From a virus (lineage: Duplodnaviria > Caudoviricetes): DNA of 48,763 bases. The notes beneath the pieces are model-generated. The model was given only the letters and a program-made list of their open reading frames with translations. It was not told the DNA's origin and did not search any database. The DNA lies in IMG/VR virus record IMGVR_UViG_3300021961_000149, positions 1 through 48,763 of that record; one strand, given 5' to 3'. Both the position numbers and the translations under genes were made by a program. Numbering within the stretch: position 1 is the stretch's first letter; every line of letters starts with the position of its first letter. Shown here piece by piece: positions 29,194-37,547 of the stretch.

Positions 29194-31128
29194 TTAGGCA
29201 GAAATGTCTACAATCTCACAATTTCCATCTGAAGTACACGCAAGGGTGGCGTTTGTGGAAGTTCCATCTTCAGTTTCATAAAATGAAAGGTCCTCCCAGC
29301 GAATTTCTTTTGGCATTCTTGAAAGAAGGTCTTGATATTCTTCTTTTGTTACTTCCTGATAAGGGGCTTGCTTGTAGGTATGCTCTGAATGTGGCAGGAA
29401 TGAAATTCCAGATACTTCATCAAAATGCTTATATACCCAAGCGCCAACTTCCATCCACTCATCTTCTTTTACAGAAACCGTAATTGATGGCTTATGCTCA
29501 CACCAAGCACGTTGGTATACAAGCCAGATATTTAAATGATCTAGTGCTGTTAAATCATTTCTAACAATTGCACCCTCTGGTGCTTTTACTGGAAATGAAA
29601 ATACATACGTATCGTTTGGCTTCATTACATCATCTTCTACAGGAATTCCAACTTCCTTCAAAAATGTAGAGATAGGATCTCCTTTAGAGCCACGAACTGT
29701 ACGAATATAATATGGTGAATGCCATGGATGCATTCCTGAAGATACCCCGACCAATTGGGATACTGTTCCAGAAGGCTTTACACATGTAATAGCTGCAGAC
29801 TCAGGAATCCCAATTTTCCCTGCCTCATCTTTATTTGTTTCTCTTGCTGATTCTCTTAAAGTCATAAGAAATGCCTCTAGGGAAACCAGATCCTCTTTAC
29901 CAGACATAAACTTATGTCCAAATTGTCCCGTTAAAGAAACTCCAAGTAGGCGCTCTTCTTCTGTATTGTCTTTCCAAATTTTACGAAGGTATTTAAAGTC
30001 TGTAAGGGTTGATTGCCATGTTCCAAGAATAGTGGCTAACCTTACTTTATTCTGAATATCTTTCTTTGTATCTTTTTCACGTAATACGACTTCTGAAAGA
30101 TTACAAAACTGATAAGGACGCAAAATAATTTCCGAGCAAGGGTTTGTTCCATAGTGAATTTCAGGATCCCTTCGTCCATATTTAGCTGCCTGTGCTTGTG
30201 CTGCTGCAACGTTGTAGATTCCACGCTCACCAGACTTTGAGTCATATAAATTTTTCCATTCTGCTATAAATTGTTCCATTGCTGGCTTACGAGAATATGC
30301 CACTGAGTTATTTGAAAGTGCACGTTGGGTATTATTTTCCCACCAGTTACCAGACTTTGCTGCTGCCATTTCAATATCATTAATATTAGAAAGAGAAATC
30401 ATAGCAGATCGCCTTACTCCGCCAACAACTACTACTTCACCAATCTTGCACATAATATCATGTGCTTCAATAGGTTTTAGCTGACGACCTACTGCATTCT
30501 TAAATTTTGCAATTGTAAAATCAAAAAGGTTAACTAGCGGCTGTGGTCCAGATGAACGGCCACCCATTGTCTTAAGTCTTGCACCTGCTGGACGAACCTT
30601 TGATACATCAATCGCTGGTATGTGTCCAGTCCAAAGCAGTGCTAGAAGTTCACGATATGCTTTTGCCCAACCTTGTTTAGAATCTTCCACAACAATTACT
30701 GTATCTGACTTTTCAAGTGACTCTGGTACGGCAGGAAGTTTATTAACATACTTATACTCTACAGAGAATCCAACACCTGTTCCACACATCAAAATATACA
30801 TAGTCTCATCAAATGAACGTGGGTTATCTACTGGAACAAATGAGCAGTTGTATCCTGCAACATGGTCTCTATCTAGTGCGGCACCTGAAGTCATTACTGC
30901 TCTCATTGATGGCATTACGTTTCTATTAAAAACTGCTTCTTTTAATTCTGTAATTAATTCTTTAGATGGAACATAGTTATAGTTTTCTTTAAGATGGTTA
31001 GTCATGAAATCAAAATAGCGATCTACTGTCTCACCCCAAGTTTCACGACGACCTTCTTCTGGAATCCATCTTGCATATCGAGATAGAGCAATGAAGTTTT
31101 CGTATGGGTTAGCAATAGTCTTTGACAT
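29194..31128 (-). CDS. nrdJ: Class II (adenosylcobalamin-dependent) ribonucleotide reductase
   Basis: YNC, VVVGGVRRSA, TNPCSEI, TCVKPSGT and a C-terminal Cys pair; no nrdB/nrdF neighbour. Confidence 0.9.
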   Translation of the reverse strand: MSKTIANPYENFIALSRYARWIPEEGRRETWGETVDRYFDFMTNHLKENYNYVPSKELITELKEAVFNRNVMPSMRAVMTSGAALDRDHVAGYNCSFVPVDNPRSFDETMYILMCGTGVGFSVEYKYVNKLPAVPESLEKSDTVIVVEDSKQGWAKAYRELLALLWTGHIPAIDVSKVRPAGARLKTMGGRSSGPQPLVNLFDFTIAKFKNAVGRQLKPIEAHDIMCKIGEVVVVGGVRRSAMISLSNINDIEMAAAKSGNWWENNTQRALSNNSVAYSRKPAMEQFIAEWKNLYDSKSGERGIYNVAAAQAQAAKYGRRDPEIHYGTNPCSEIILRPYQFCNLSEVVLREKDTKKDIQNKVRLATILGTWQSTLTDFKYLRKIWKDNTEEERLLGVSLTGQFGHKFMSGKEDLVSLEAFLMTLRESARETNKDEAGKIGIPESAAITCVKPSGTVSQLVGVSSGMHPWHSPYYIRTVRGSKGDPISTFLKEVGIPVEDDVMKPNDTYVFSFPVKAPEGAIVRNDLTALDHLNIWLVYQRAWCEHKPSITVSVKEDEWMEVGAWVYKHFDEVSGISFLPHSEHTYKQAPYQEVTKEEYQDLLSRMPKEIRWEDLSFYETEDGTSTNATLACTSDGNCEIVDISA

Positions 31129-31216
31129 TTTTTAAATAACACCTTTTCTCCGCCTGGCGGTTTATATTTTTAGTTGAAGTCTTATTCTACCAAACTTCTA
31201 TTTAAAGAGGAAGGGG

Positions 31217-32218
31217 TTATGAAAACTTTTCTTCTAAATGACTAAAAGCATTCTTAGTCAACTTAATCCAATCATATTCTTCATGTATTTTAGTCGACTG
31301 AGCAAAGTAATACCCTGAATATGCTTTAAAATTAATTACAGATTCATACATCAATTCTTCTAAATGTTTTTCGTCTGGTTTAAACATCAATCCTAAATGA
31401 GGATCTCCTATTGCTTTTGGTAATTCTTCATCCGATAGTTTAGACTTAAGCTTTAGTGGACCTATATACTTTTTATACTGTGCCCAATCATATGTAGTTA
31501 TTGTTGGCATTCCTGTTGCCAATGCTTGAAGGGGAATAAAACCAAATCCTTCCCCCCAGCTTGGATAGATCAATACATGGTGTGAATGATACAAAGAGAC
31601 TAACTGCTCTGCAGAGTATTCATCTTTTATTACTTTAATATTATTATATATATTTTCTGGTAATCCAAAATTACCATATTTATCATATACTCTAATTGTA
31701 TGAGAATGATGAGACTTAATAGTTAATTGATAATCTGGATTGTCTCCAAACATTCTTATAAAAGTATCTACAACTAATTGACCAGATTTTCTTGGTGCTG
31801 GCTCTCCAACATGCAAAAACTTAAATGGCCTTCCTTCTCTTAATTCTCTTTTATGTGGGGTCCAAATTTTTTCTATTCCATGAGTATATGTTTTAATTGG
31901 AACAGTAACTCCATTATTTTTAAATACTTCCGCATTCCAGTCTGATGTTGCCCAAACTTCGTCACATAAATTCATACGCTCAGTCCACTCTGGCCTAATG
32001 CCAGTAGATTCCCATGGAGTATAACCAATTTGATATTGTCCTCTATGCATTTTATAATGATGAGGTTGCGTAAAGTTTAATTGTAATGGCGTGTTTGCAT
32101 TTGTCCAAGTAACAATGTGTCCCAGGTTTTGTAATGATTTAACTATATTTTGTGCGGCATAGCCAAATCCCGTTGCTGGATTTAATCCAGGTCTTGGTAT
32201 AGATAGTGATATTTTCAT
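31217..32218 (-). CDS. Glycosyltransferase, GT-B/GT4-like
   Basis: TPWES, RKSG and YPSWGEGFGFIPLQALATGMP motifs. Confidence 0.85.
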   Translation of the reverse strand: MKISLSIPRPGLNPATGFGYAAQNIVKSLQNLGHIVTWTNANTPLQLNFTQPHHYKMHRGQYQIGYTPWESTGIRPEWTERMNLCDEVWATSDWNAEVFKNNGVTVPIKTYTHGIEKIWTPHKRELREGRPFKFLHVGEPAPRKSGQLVVDTFIRMFGDNPDYQLTIKSHHSHTIRVYDKYGNFGLPENIYNNIKVIKDEYSAEQLVSLYHSHHVLIYPSWGEGFGFIPLQALATGMPTITTYDWAQYKKYIGPLKLKSKLSDEELPKAIGDPHLGLMFKPDEKHLEELMYESVINFKAYSGYYFAQSTKIHEEYDWIKLTKNAFSHLEEKFS

Positions 32219-32239
32219 ATTTTTTTTCTGGTTGACTGG

Positions 32240-32270
32240 CTTGACACCTACTGTCAAGTAATGCTACTAT
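32240..32270 (+). promoter_or_regulatory. Promoter at the strand switch with a palindromic -35 region
   Basis: CTTGACA-N5-TGTCAAG inverted repeat; TTGACA-18-TACTAT with an extended TG. Confidence 0.55.
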
Positions 32271-32297
32271 TATAGTTCGTTATCTCTAAAGGAGGAA

Positions 32298-32858
32298 ATG
32301 CCAATGGAGAATATCAAACAACGTTTGAGCGATGTTGCTCATAACTGGTCTTATATAGGAATGATAACATTATTCTTATTTACTGTCCAGCCTGGTCCAA
32401 CAGTAACTCAAGCATTGCAGGTGGAAACGCCTGTGAAATCTACAGTACAACTAAAGAAAGAAACCTTAGAGAAGTACAGCACTACTGTGTACAAGCCTTC
32501 TGAGACGCTAACAGACGGAGAACTAAAAGAACTTCTATCAGCTGTTGGCTTTGAAGGAAAAGCCCTTAAAACGGCTTGGGCTATTGCTAAGTCAGAATCT
32601 AATGCTAGACCTATGGCTTACAATGGTAACAGGAAAACTGGAGACAGTTCCTACGGAATTTTTCAGATTAATATGTTGGGTGAACTCGGCATTGATCGTA
32701 AAGAAAAATTTGAATTAAAGTCAAATATCACATTATTTGATCCAGTAATAAACGCAGAGATAACGTATTATATGACTAAAGGCGGAACCGATTGGTCATC
32801 ATGGCCTTCCCTAAATGGGGAAAGGTATAAAGAATTCCTAATAGAATTCAAAAATTAG
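32298..32858 (+). CDS. Secreted/membrane lysozyme-like (lytic transglycosylase) protein
   Basis: N-terminal hydrophobic segment; AIAKSES (catalytic Glu), YGIFQIN and WSSW motifs. Confidence 0.8.
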   Translation: MPMENIKQRLSDVAHNWSYIGMITLFLFTVQPGPTVTQALQVETPVKSTVQLKKETLEKYSTTVYKPSETLTDGELKELLSAVGFEGKALKTAWAIAKSESNARPMAYNGNRKTGDSSYGIFQINMLGELGIDRKEKFELKSNITLFDPVINAEITYYMTKGGTDWSSWPSLNGERYKEFLIEFKN

Positions 32859-32870
32859 AAAGGAAGGTAC

Positions 32871-33077
32871 ATGAAGATACAGTATGTGTCTAAGTACCTT
32901 CTACTAGCAGAGAAGGGCCTTGTTCCTAGACTTGAATGTCCAATGGATCAGGGCCCTTTAATGTGCAACGAAACAAATGAGGGTATAATATATCTATACT
33001 GCTTGTCTTGCAGTTTTAAAAAAGATGTGGGGTTAGAGTACTATGGAAAACTTAAATCAGCCGTCGATTCCAACTGA
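32871..33077 (+). CDS. Small zinc-ribbon-like protein
   Basis: CPMD...CLSC; GAAAGGAAGG RBS. Confidence 0.65.
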   Translation: MKIQYVSKYLLLAEKGLVPRLECPMDQGPLMCNETNEGIIYLYCLSCSFKKDVGLEYYGKLKSAVDSN

Positions 33078-33162
33078 CGGTGGTACGATAAAAGAAACTG
33101 ACGCTATGGGGCGTGAAAAGTTTTGGGAAGATTTAGGAAGACCAGATGACGACGGAAAATAA
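33043..33162 (+). CDS. Hypothetical 39-aa protein
   Basis: MENLNQPSIPTDGG...GREKFWEDLGRPDDDGK fills the gap between flanking genes. Confidence 0.5.
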   Translation: MENLNQPSIPTDGGTIKETDAMGREKFWEDLGRPDDDGK

Positions 33163-33364
33163 AGAGCAGCCTCAAAATCTAGAAGACAACCTACCAATGG
33201 TTAATTACATTATGCTGCATAGAATATATGATCTTCTTACATTAATTTCAAATAAACTAGTAGGACCAGAAGATACTTCTAAAATGGTTGAATATCATAA
33301 CCAAGGGTACTTGCTTGGCCCAACTCCTTCTTATACGCCAGGAGATGAAGATGAATCTAAATGA
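33146..33364 (+). CDS. Hypothetical protein
   Basis: 72 aa ORF in operon. Confidence 0.65.
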   Translation: MTTENKEQPQNLEDNLPMVNYIMLHRIYDLLTLISNKLVGPEDTSKMVEYHNQGYLLGPTPSYTPGDEDESK

Positions 33365-33533
33365 ATTTCAAAATAAAGAAGAGCAGTATCGAAATTACTA
33401 TTCTGAAGTGCTACCTGTTTGTTTAAAATGTAGTTTATTTTCACAGGTAGACGAAATGTGTATTATTGAAGAAAAAAATATAATGGATATAATAAAATCA
33501 GAATTTCCAATGTGCCCAATAGGAGAATGGTGA
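33351..33533 (+). CDS. Small Cys-rich protein
   Basis: CLKC...C...CPIGEW; AGGAG RBS. Confidence 0.55.
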   Translation: MNLNEFQNKEEQYRNYYSEVLPVCLKCSLFSQVDEMCIIEEKNIMDIIKSEFPMCPIGEW

Positions 33534-33814
33534 ATAAAATATACATAGACCAGATTGCTTATAAAATGAATCGGGCCAAAAAAGACGGTTACGAAGATAC
33601 TACAAAATCCGCTGCCGCTTTACTATGGATGGTAGAAAAGATTGAGTCTAGGCTAAATAAATGTTTAAATGTAGAAAATGGAAATTGTAATATGACCTGG
33701 AGGCATGACGATTGTCTTGTGCTTATGGAACTACTTTATGATTTAACTAATGATGAAAAGTATGCAGAGAAGCCTTGGATTATAGATCCTAACAAAATGT
33801 CACTTTGGGACTAA
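33527..33814 (+). CDS. Hypothetical protein
   Basis: ORF in operon; start reassigned to MVNKIY. Confidence 0.55.
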   Translation: MVNKIYIDQIAYKMNRAKKDGYEDTTKSAAALLWMVEKIESRLNKCLNVENGNCNMTWRHDDCLVLMELLYDLTNDEKYAEKPWIIDPNKMSLWD

Positions 33815-33820
33815 AAATGG

Positions 33821-33849
33821 TTGACTTAAAATAAAACTTATTTTATACT
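33821..33849 (+). promoter_or_regulatory. Sigma70-type promoter
   Basis: TTGACT-17-TATACT. Confidence 0.7.
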
Positions 33850-33854
33850 TCATT

Positions 33855-33951
33855 AGTACGGGTTGTAGCATCCCACAGATTAAGCTCCCCGTATAATGTG
33901 TAGCAATACACTAGCAAGGCCCAATTGGATCCGCCTCCGATTGGGTTTTTT
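33855..33951 (+). ncRNA. Candidate small structured RNA
   Basis: Own promoter; TACGGG/CCCGTA stem, GTGTA-GCAA-TACAC GNRA hairpin, terminator with T6; no ORF. Confidence 0.55.
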
Positions 33952-34008
33952 GCTGTTGATTTAAAATATTAAATATAGTACTATTAAATTCTATAGAAAA
34001 GGGCGGTA

Positions 34009-34680
34009 ATGGATCAATATCAAAATCCACACTACGATGTAGTAATAGCTACTCCAGGTTCTCAAATGGAGTCTGCGTACGTAGTTTCTTTAATAAATAC
34101 AATAAAGTTTTTAAATCGTGCTGGTATAAGCTGGACCTTTTTATCTAAAGCCAACTCCAATGTATCTATTGCAAGGGAGTGGACTATATTATCAACAATG
34201 GTTGAGGCACCAGCGCCAATATTTACTGGACCCTTAAATGGAGAAATCACCTACAATAAAATATTTATGATAGATTCTGATATGTACTGGGAAATTGAAG
34301 ATTTTATGTCTTTATATTACTCTAATGAAGACTTTATATCTGGAGTATATTTTCAATCTAACGGCGTAGATACAGTTACTTTTGATAGGAAAAATCATGT
34401 AATGAGCTATGAAGATATTTTATCTCAAAATACCAACTTTGAATCTTTTAGTACTGGGCTCGGCTTTGTTTGCTTAAAAAGCGGCGTTTTAGAAAGCATA
34501 GAGAGACCTTGGTTTGAAAATTCTAAAGAAGAAAGGCCTTACGGTATTAGTGAATCTTACTTAGACATATACTCAGAAGATATTTCTTTTACCGAAAAAG
34601 TTAAAAGATTAGGATATAGAATTGTAATTAATCCAGCGGTAAAAGTTGGGCACGTTAAAAAAATACATATGTCTTGGTGA
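34009..34680 (+). CDS. Glycosyltransferase, GT-A/GT2-like
   Basis: VVIATP, MIDSD (DxD), GLGFV, SEDISF and VGHVK motifs. Confidence 0.75.
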   Translation: MDQYQNPHYDVVIATPGSQMESAYVVSLINTIKFLNRAGISWTFLSKANSNVSIAREWTILSTMVEAPAPIFTGPLNGEITYNKIFMIDSDMYWEIEDFMSLYYSNEDFISGVYFQSNGVDTVTFDRKNHVMSYEDILSQNTNFESFSTGLGFVCLKSGVLESIERPWFENSKEERPYGISESYLDIYSEDISFTEKVKRLGYRIVINPAVKVGHVKKIHMSW

Positions 34681-34681
34681 G

Positions 34682-34754
34682 AGCCCCCCAACAGAATCGA
34701 ACTGTCAACCTACGCATTACAAGTGCGTTGCTCTACCTATTGAGCTAAGGAGGC
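34682..34754 (-). tRNA. tRNA-Thr(UGU)
   Basis: Cloverleaf; anticodon loop CTTGTAA; GTTCGA T-loop. Confidence 0.9.
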
Positions 34755-34755
34755 T

Positions 34756-34831
34756 TGGCACCTCTAGAGAGACTTGAACTCCCGACACACAGGGTAGAAA
34801 CCTGTTGCTCTATCCACTGAGCTATAGAGGT
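34756..34831 (-). tRNA. tRNA-Arg(UCU)
   Basis: Cloverleaf; ACAGG-TTTCTAC-CCTGT anticodon arm; encoded CCA. Confidence 0.9.
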
Positions 34832-34832
34832 A

Positions 34833-34906
34833 TGGAGCGGATGATGAGAATCGAACTCACCCCTTCTGCTTGGAAGGCAGAGGCACTACCAATATGCAAC
34901 ATCCGC
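34833..34906 (-). tRNA. tRNA-Gly(UCC)
   Basis: Cloverleaf; TCTGC-CTTCCAA-GCAGA anticodon arm; encoded CCA. Confidence 0.9.
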
Positions 34907-35042
34907 ATGAGAACTCGGTTTATAGACTCCACACCGTAAGGCTTCCCCGCATGCGTTCTCAACATGGTGTAGTCGACTAGCTATATCGCTACATAACACG
35001 TACTTCTGCAACCGATGGCAGGTGTAGAGGTGCTGGTTCCAG

Positions 35043-35115
35043 CTGACCCACCAGGTCTCGATCCTGGGACATTCGAATTAACAGTTCGACGCTCTACCAA
35101 CTGAGCTATGGGTCA
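35043..35115 (-). tRNA. tRNA-Asn(GUU)
   Basis: Cloverleaf; TCGAA-CTGTTAA-TTCGA anticodon arm; atypical GATCGA T-loop; no CCA. Confidence 0.85.
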
Positions 35116-35137
35116 ATATATTATAAGTATACTAAAT

Positions 35138-35180
35138 AAAGTGCGAAATGAAAAGTGCGCCCGAAAAAAGTGCGGCGGGA
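35138..35180. repeat. Three tandem AAAGTGCG repeats
   Basis: aaagtgcg-aaatga-aaagtgcg-cccgaaa-aaagtgcg. Confidence 0.7.
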
Positions 35181-35190
35181 AGAGAAGACC

Positions 35191-35472
35191 CTATTTAATT
35201 TTATTAACTCTTCTCATATGAGTCCTAATACGATGACAATTACTACATACGATCTCACACTTAGCAATTTCCTCATCTATCTTCTTCTTGGACAATGTAG
35301 GAATTAATTCCATAACATTTGCATGCTTCTTGCCACGTACGTGGTCAAAATCCATGACATAATATGGATAATACTCCTTACAGTCCATGCAAGGAATAGT
35401 TTCTTTAAGGGTTCTGATGTACAGGGCCAAATTAGCCTTCTGCTTGGCTATAGAGAGCTTTTCGGACTTCAT
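35191..35472 (-). CDS. HNH endonuclease
   Basis: CMDC...FDHV...CSNCH. Confidence 0.85.
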   Translation of the reverse strand: MKSEKLSIAKQKANLALYIRTLKETIPCMDCKEYYPYYVMDFDHVRGKKHANVMELIPTLSKKKIDEEIAKCEIVCSNCHRIRTHMRRVNKIK

Positions 35473-35547
35473 CCTAGGTAATACCTACAAGAGGGTCTCA
35501 TATGGCTTAATTGTAGCAAAGAAAATTTCTTAGCCTATCCCGCCTTT

Positions 35548-35682
35548 TTAATTATTTAATTGAGAATACTTTCCAGATTTAATATCTGCATACTCCATAC
35601 CATGAGCTATACAAAACCATATTGATCTATCTTCTTTTAAATTAAACAATGCTGGTTGATTACATCTAATACATCTATTCAT
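35548..35682 (-). CDS. 44-aa Cys/His microprotein
   Basis: MNRCIRC...CIAH; AAGGA RBS; ATGA overlap with the upstream ORF. Confidence 0.5.
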   Translation of the reverse strand: MNRCIRCNQPALFNLKEDRSIWFCIAHGMEYADIKSGKYSQLNN

Positions 35683-35792
35683 TTATTGTTCCTTAGTTTA
35701 GTTATACAATCTACACAGTAATTCTCAAGTACACCTTTATTGTTTAATCTTTCTACATACTTTTGATTATCACAGAAATCACATTTGATCAT
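35679..35792 (-). CDS. 37-aa zinc-finger microprotein
   Basis: MIKCDFC...CVDC. Confidence 0.5.
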   Translation of the reverse strand: MIKCDFCDNQKYVERLNNKGVLENYCVDCITKLRNNK

Positions 35793-35853
35793 TATATTTA
35801 TCCTAGTCGACTACAATATTAGATATAACAAAATGTTAATAAAATATTTTTTT

Positions 35854-35970
35854 CTACTTACAGCTTTTCTGATGATTTGTTAATGTCATATGGGCAAATC
35901 CAGATCTTACCTCTATGTCCCGCCCACATTTATCACACTTTACAGTTCTATGAGATGCCATTGTCTCCAT
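35854..35970 (-). CDS. 38-aa C2HC-type zinc-finger microprotein
   Basis: CDKC...HQKSC; TATAAT directly upstream (leaderless). Confidence 0.5.
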   Translation of the reverse strand: METMASHRTVKCDKCGRDIEVRSGFAHMTLTNHQKSCK

Positions 35971-36054
35971 TATATATTATTATAATATTCTAGTCAACTG
36001 TTTTATATTTACCTATTTATCCTTTATATATATTATATTTACTATAGTGGATAC

Positions 36055-36196
36055 TTGGGGATTTAGATTTTAGCAAAACCCCCCTTTCCCCCCTTTAACA
36101 AAAATGCTAAAGTTGGATAAAGAGAGAAGCTTCACTAAACTCCCAAGAATTACTTGGTACATTTGAGTTTCAGTGTAAACCCCCCGAAAACCAGAT
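36055..36196 (-). ncRNA. Candidate structured RNA with G-tracts
   Basis: Promoter TTGACC-18-TATACT (36230-36201); long interrupted hairpin; no credible ORF. Confidence 0.35.
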
Positions 36197-36269
36197 CCTA
36201 AGTATAACATGACAGATTTTGCTAGGTCAATACCTTGACGAAATTTTTTTATTTTGGTAATATTTATAA

Positions 36270-36731
36270 ATGAGACATAAAACTGAACCACCACATGGTA
36301 CTAGGTCTGGCTATGATTGGCATAGACGAGACAAAAAAGAAAAGCCATGTGATGAATGTCGAGAAGCAGAAAGATTATATTGGATTAATCAAAGAGTCAT
36401 TCGTAGCGAAGAAATCAATCGACTAAGAAGAATAAATAGGTTTTATAAAATAAATGCTGGACGACATTTCAGAAGAAATAATACTGATCCTGGAAATTAT
36501 TCAGAGCACCAAGTAATACTAACTTATGGAACAGATTGTCATATCTGTAAGTTACCAATAGATTTTTCCGCCCCAAGAAAAGTAGGTTTGCCTGGATGGG
36601 AAAAGGGTTTACATATCGATCACGTATTCCCCTTATCTAGAGGAGGACTAGACATTTTGGAAAATGTAAAACCAGCTCACGGACAGTGTAATGTTATTAA
36701 AAATAATACAGTAATAAATTCAGTCGACTAG
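36270..36731 (+). CDS. HNH endonuclease with N-terminal Zn-binding motif
   Basis: HGTRSGY..H....PCDEC; CHIC...HIDHVFPLSRGG...H..CN; leaderless after TTGACG-17-TAATAT. Confidence 0.85.
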   Translation: MRHKTEPPHGTRSGYDWHRRDKKEKPCDECREAERLYWINQRVIRSEEINRLRRINRFYKINAGRHFRRNNTDPGNYSEHQVILTYGTDCHICKLPIDFSAPRKVGLPGWEKGLHIDHVFPLSRGGLDILENVKPAHGQCNVIKNNTVINSVD

Positions 36732-36963
36732 TATTTCAGATTTATGAAAATGTTAATATAGATTTATTTTGTATGATCCAGGGTTTTAAAATGTCCGTTT
36801 TGTCTATATAGTGCGCCCATAGATAGGCTAAATGTGACTTAACTCTCACACTTTTTTTTCAAATTGTCCGACATGTCCGATTTGCGACTTGATATTTGTC
36901 AGTCCCCCATGCTACGATTTATATATAAAGAAAAAGAAAGTATCTTAGAAAGGATAACTAAAA

Positions 36964-37074
36964 ATGATAGATTTCGTTAAACAATTAGAAGTCAATAACT
37001 ACCTAGCAGACGAGCAGGTAGACCCACTAGCAAAAATGCTAGATGAACTAATCTCGAAAGGAGAGTATAAATAA
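36964..37074 (+). CDS. Hypothetical 36-aa early protein
   Basis: GAAAGGA RBS; MIDFVKQLEV... Confidence 0.6.
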   Translation: MIDFVKQLEVNNYLADEQVDPLAKMLDELISKGEYK

Positions 37075-37247
37075 TGCTTACTCAAACTACATTAGATAAA
37101 ATCGTCTATGAATATCAACATGGCGGTGTTAAGGGTAATCACCCTGAACTAACCACTTATGAGCGAAAGGCGCTACTTAAGCACCTATTCAGCCTACCTA
37201 CCCATTGCGGTGGATGTGGTGTAAATCACACCGACACTAGGGGCTAA
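37074..37247 (+). CDS. Hypothetical 57-aa protein
   Basis: TAATG coupling; MLTQTTLDK... Confidence 0.6.
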   Translation: MLTQTTLDKIVYEYQHGGVKGNHPELTTYERKALLKHLFSLPTHCGGCGVNHTDTRG

Positions 37248-37394
37248 ATCCCCCTAAATGTCGGTAGCCCATGATAAGGTTATCCCATAACTTAATAAAG
37301 AATTAGAGCGTGAGCCTAGCAAATAATCCGAAAGGTGAGCCTAGCAAATAACCGCTCAACAATAAACCAACTAACGAAAAGGAATAGAAAATAA

Positions 37395-37547
37395 ATGACA
37401 ATCACTTACTCAATATGGCAAGGTAGCAATCTGCTATCCGTAGATAACACCGCTAAGAATAGCGAAGAAATCTTATCCGTAATGGCGGAATTAAATAAAT
37501 TAGGTAAAGGCTTTACCTACAATGTAAGAAAGGTAGATACTAAGTAA
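37395..37547 (+). CDS. Hypothetical 50-aa protein
   Basis: AACGAAAAGGA RBS; MTITYSIWQG... Confidence 0.6.
   Translation: MTITYSIWQGSNLLSVDNTAKNSEEILSVMAELNKLGKGFTYNVRKVDTK

Larger units (their letters stand above)
35805..36758. repeat. 37-bp imperfect direct repeat pair (35805-35841 and 36722-36758)
   Basis: AGTCGACTA-N7-AGATWTA-N2-AAAATGTTAATA in both copies. Confidence 0.7.

Noticed and set aside
442-30976. Many plus-strand and nested ORFs in the track overlapping the structural genes
   Set aside because: They are antisense or alternate-frame shadows of well-supported minus-strand genes, with no RBS or recognisable motifs
34990-35042. Theta/HDV-like ribozyme at the 3' end of tRNA-Asn
   Set aside because: Could not build P1, P3/L3, P1.1 and the J4/2 catalytic C in the required order; kept only as a generic structured spacer
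35073-35089. Actinobacterial LexA (SOS) box-like TCGAA...TTCGA
   Set aside because: It is the anticodon stem of tRNA-Asn, and the spacing is wrong
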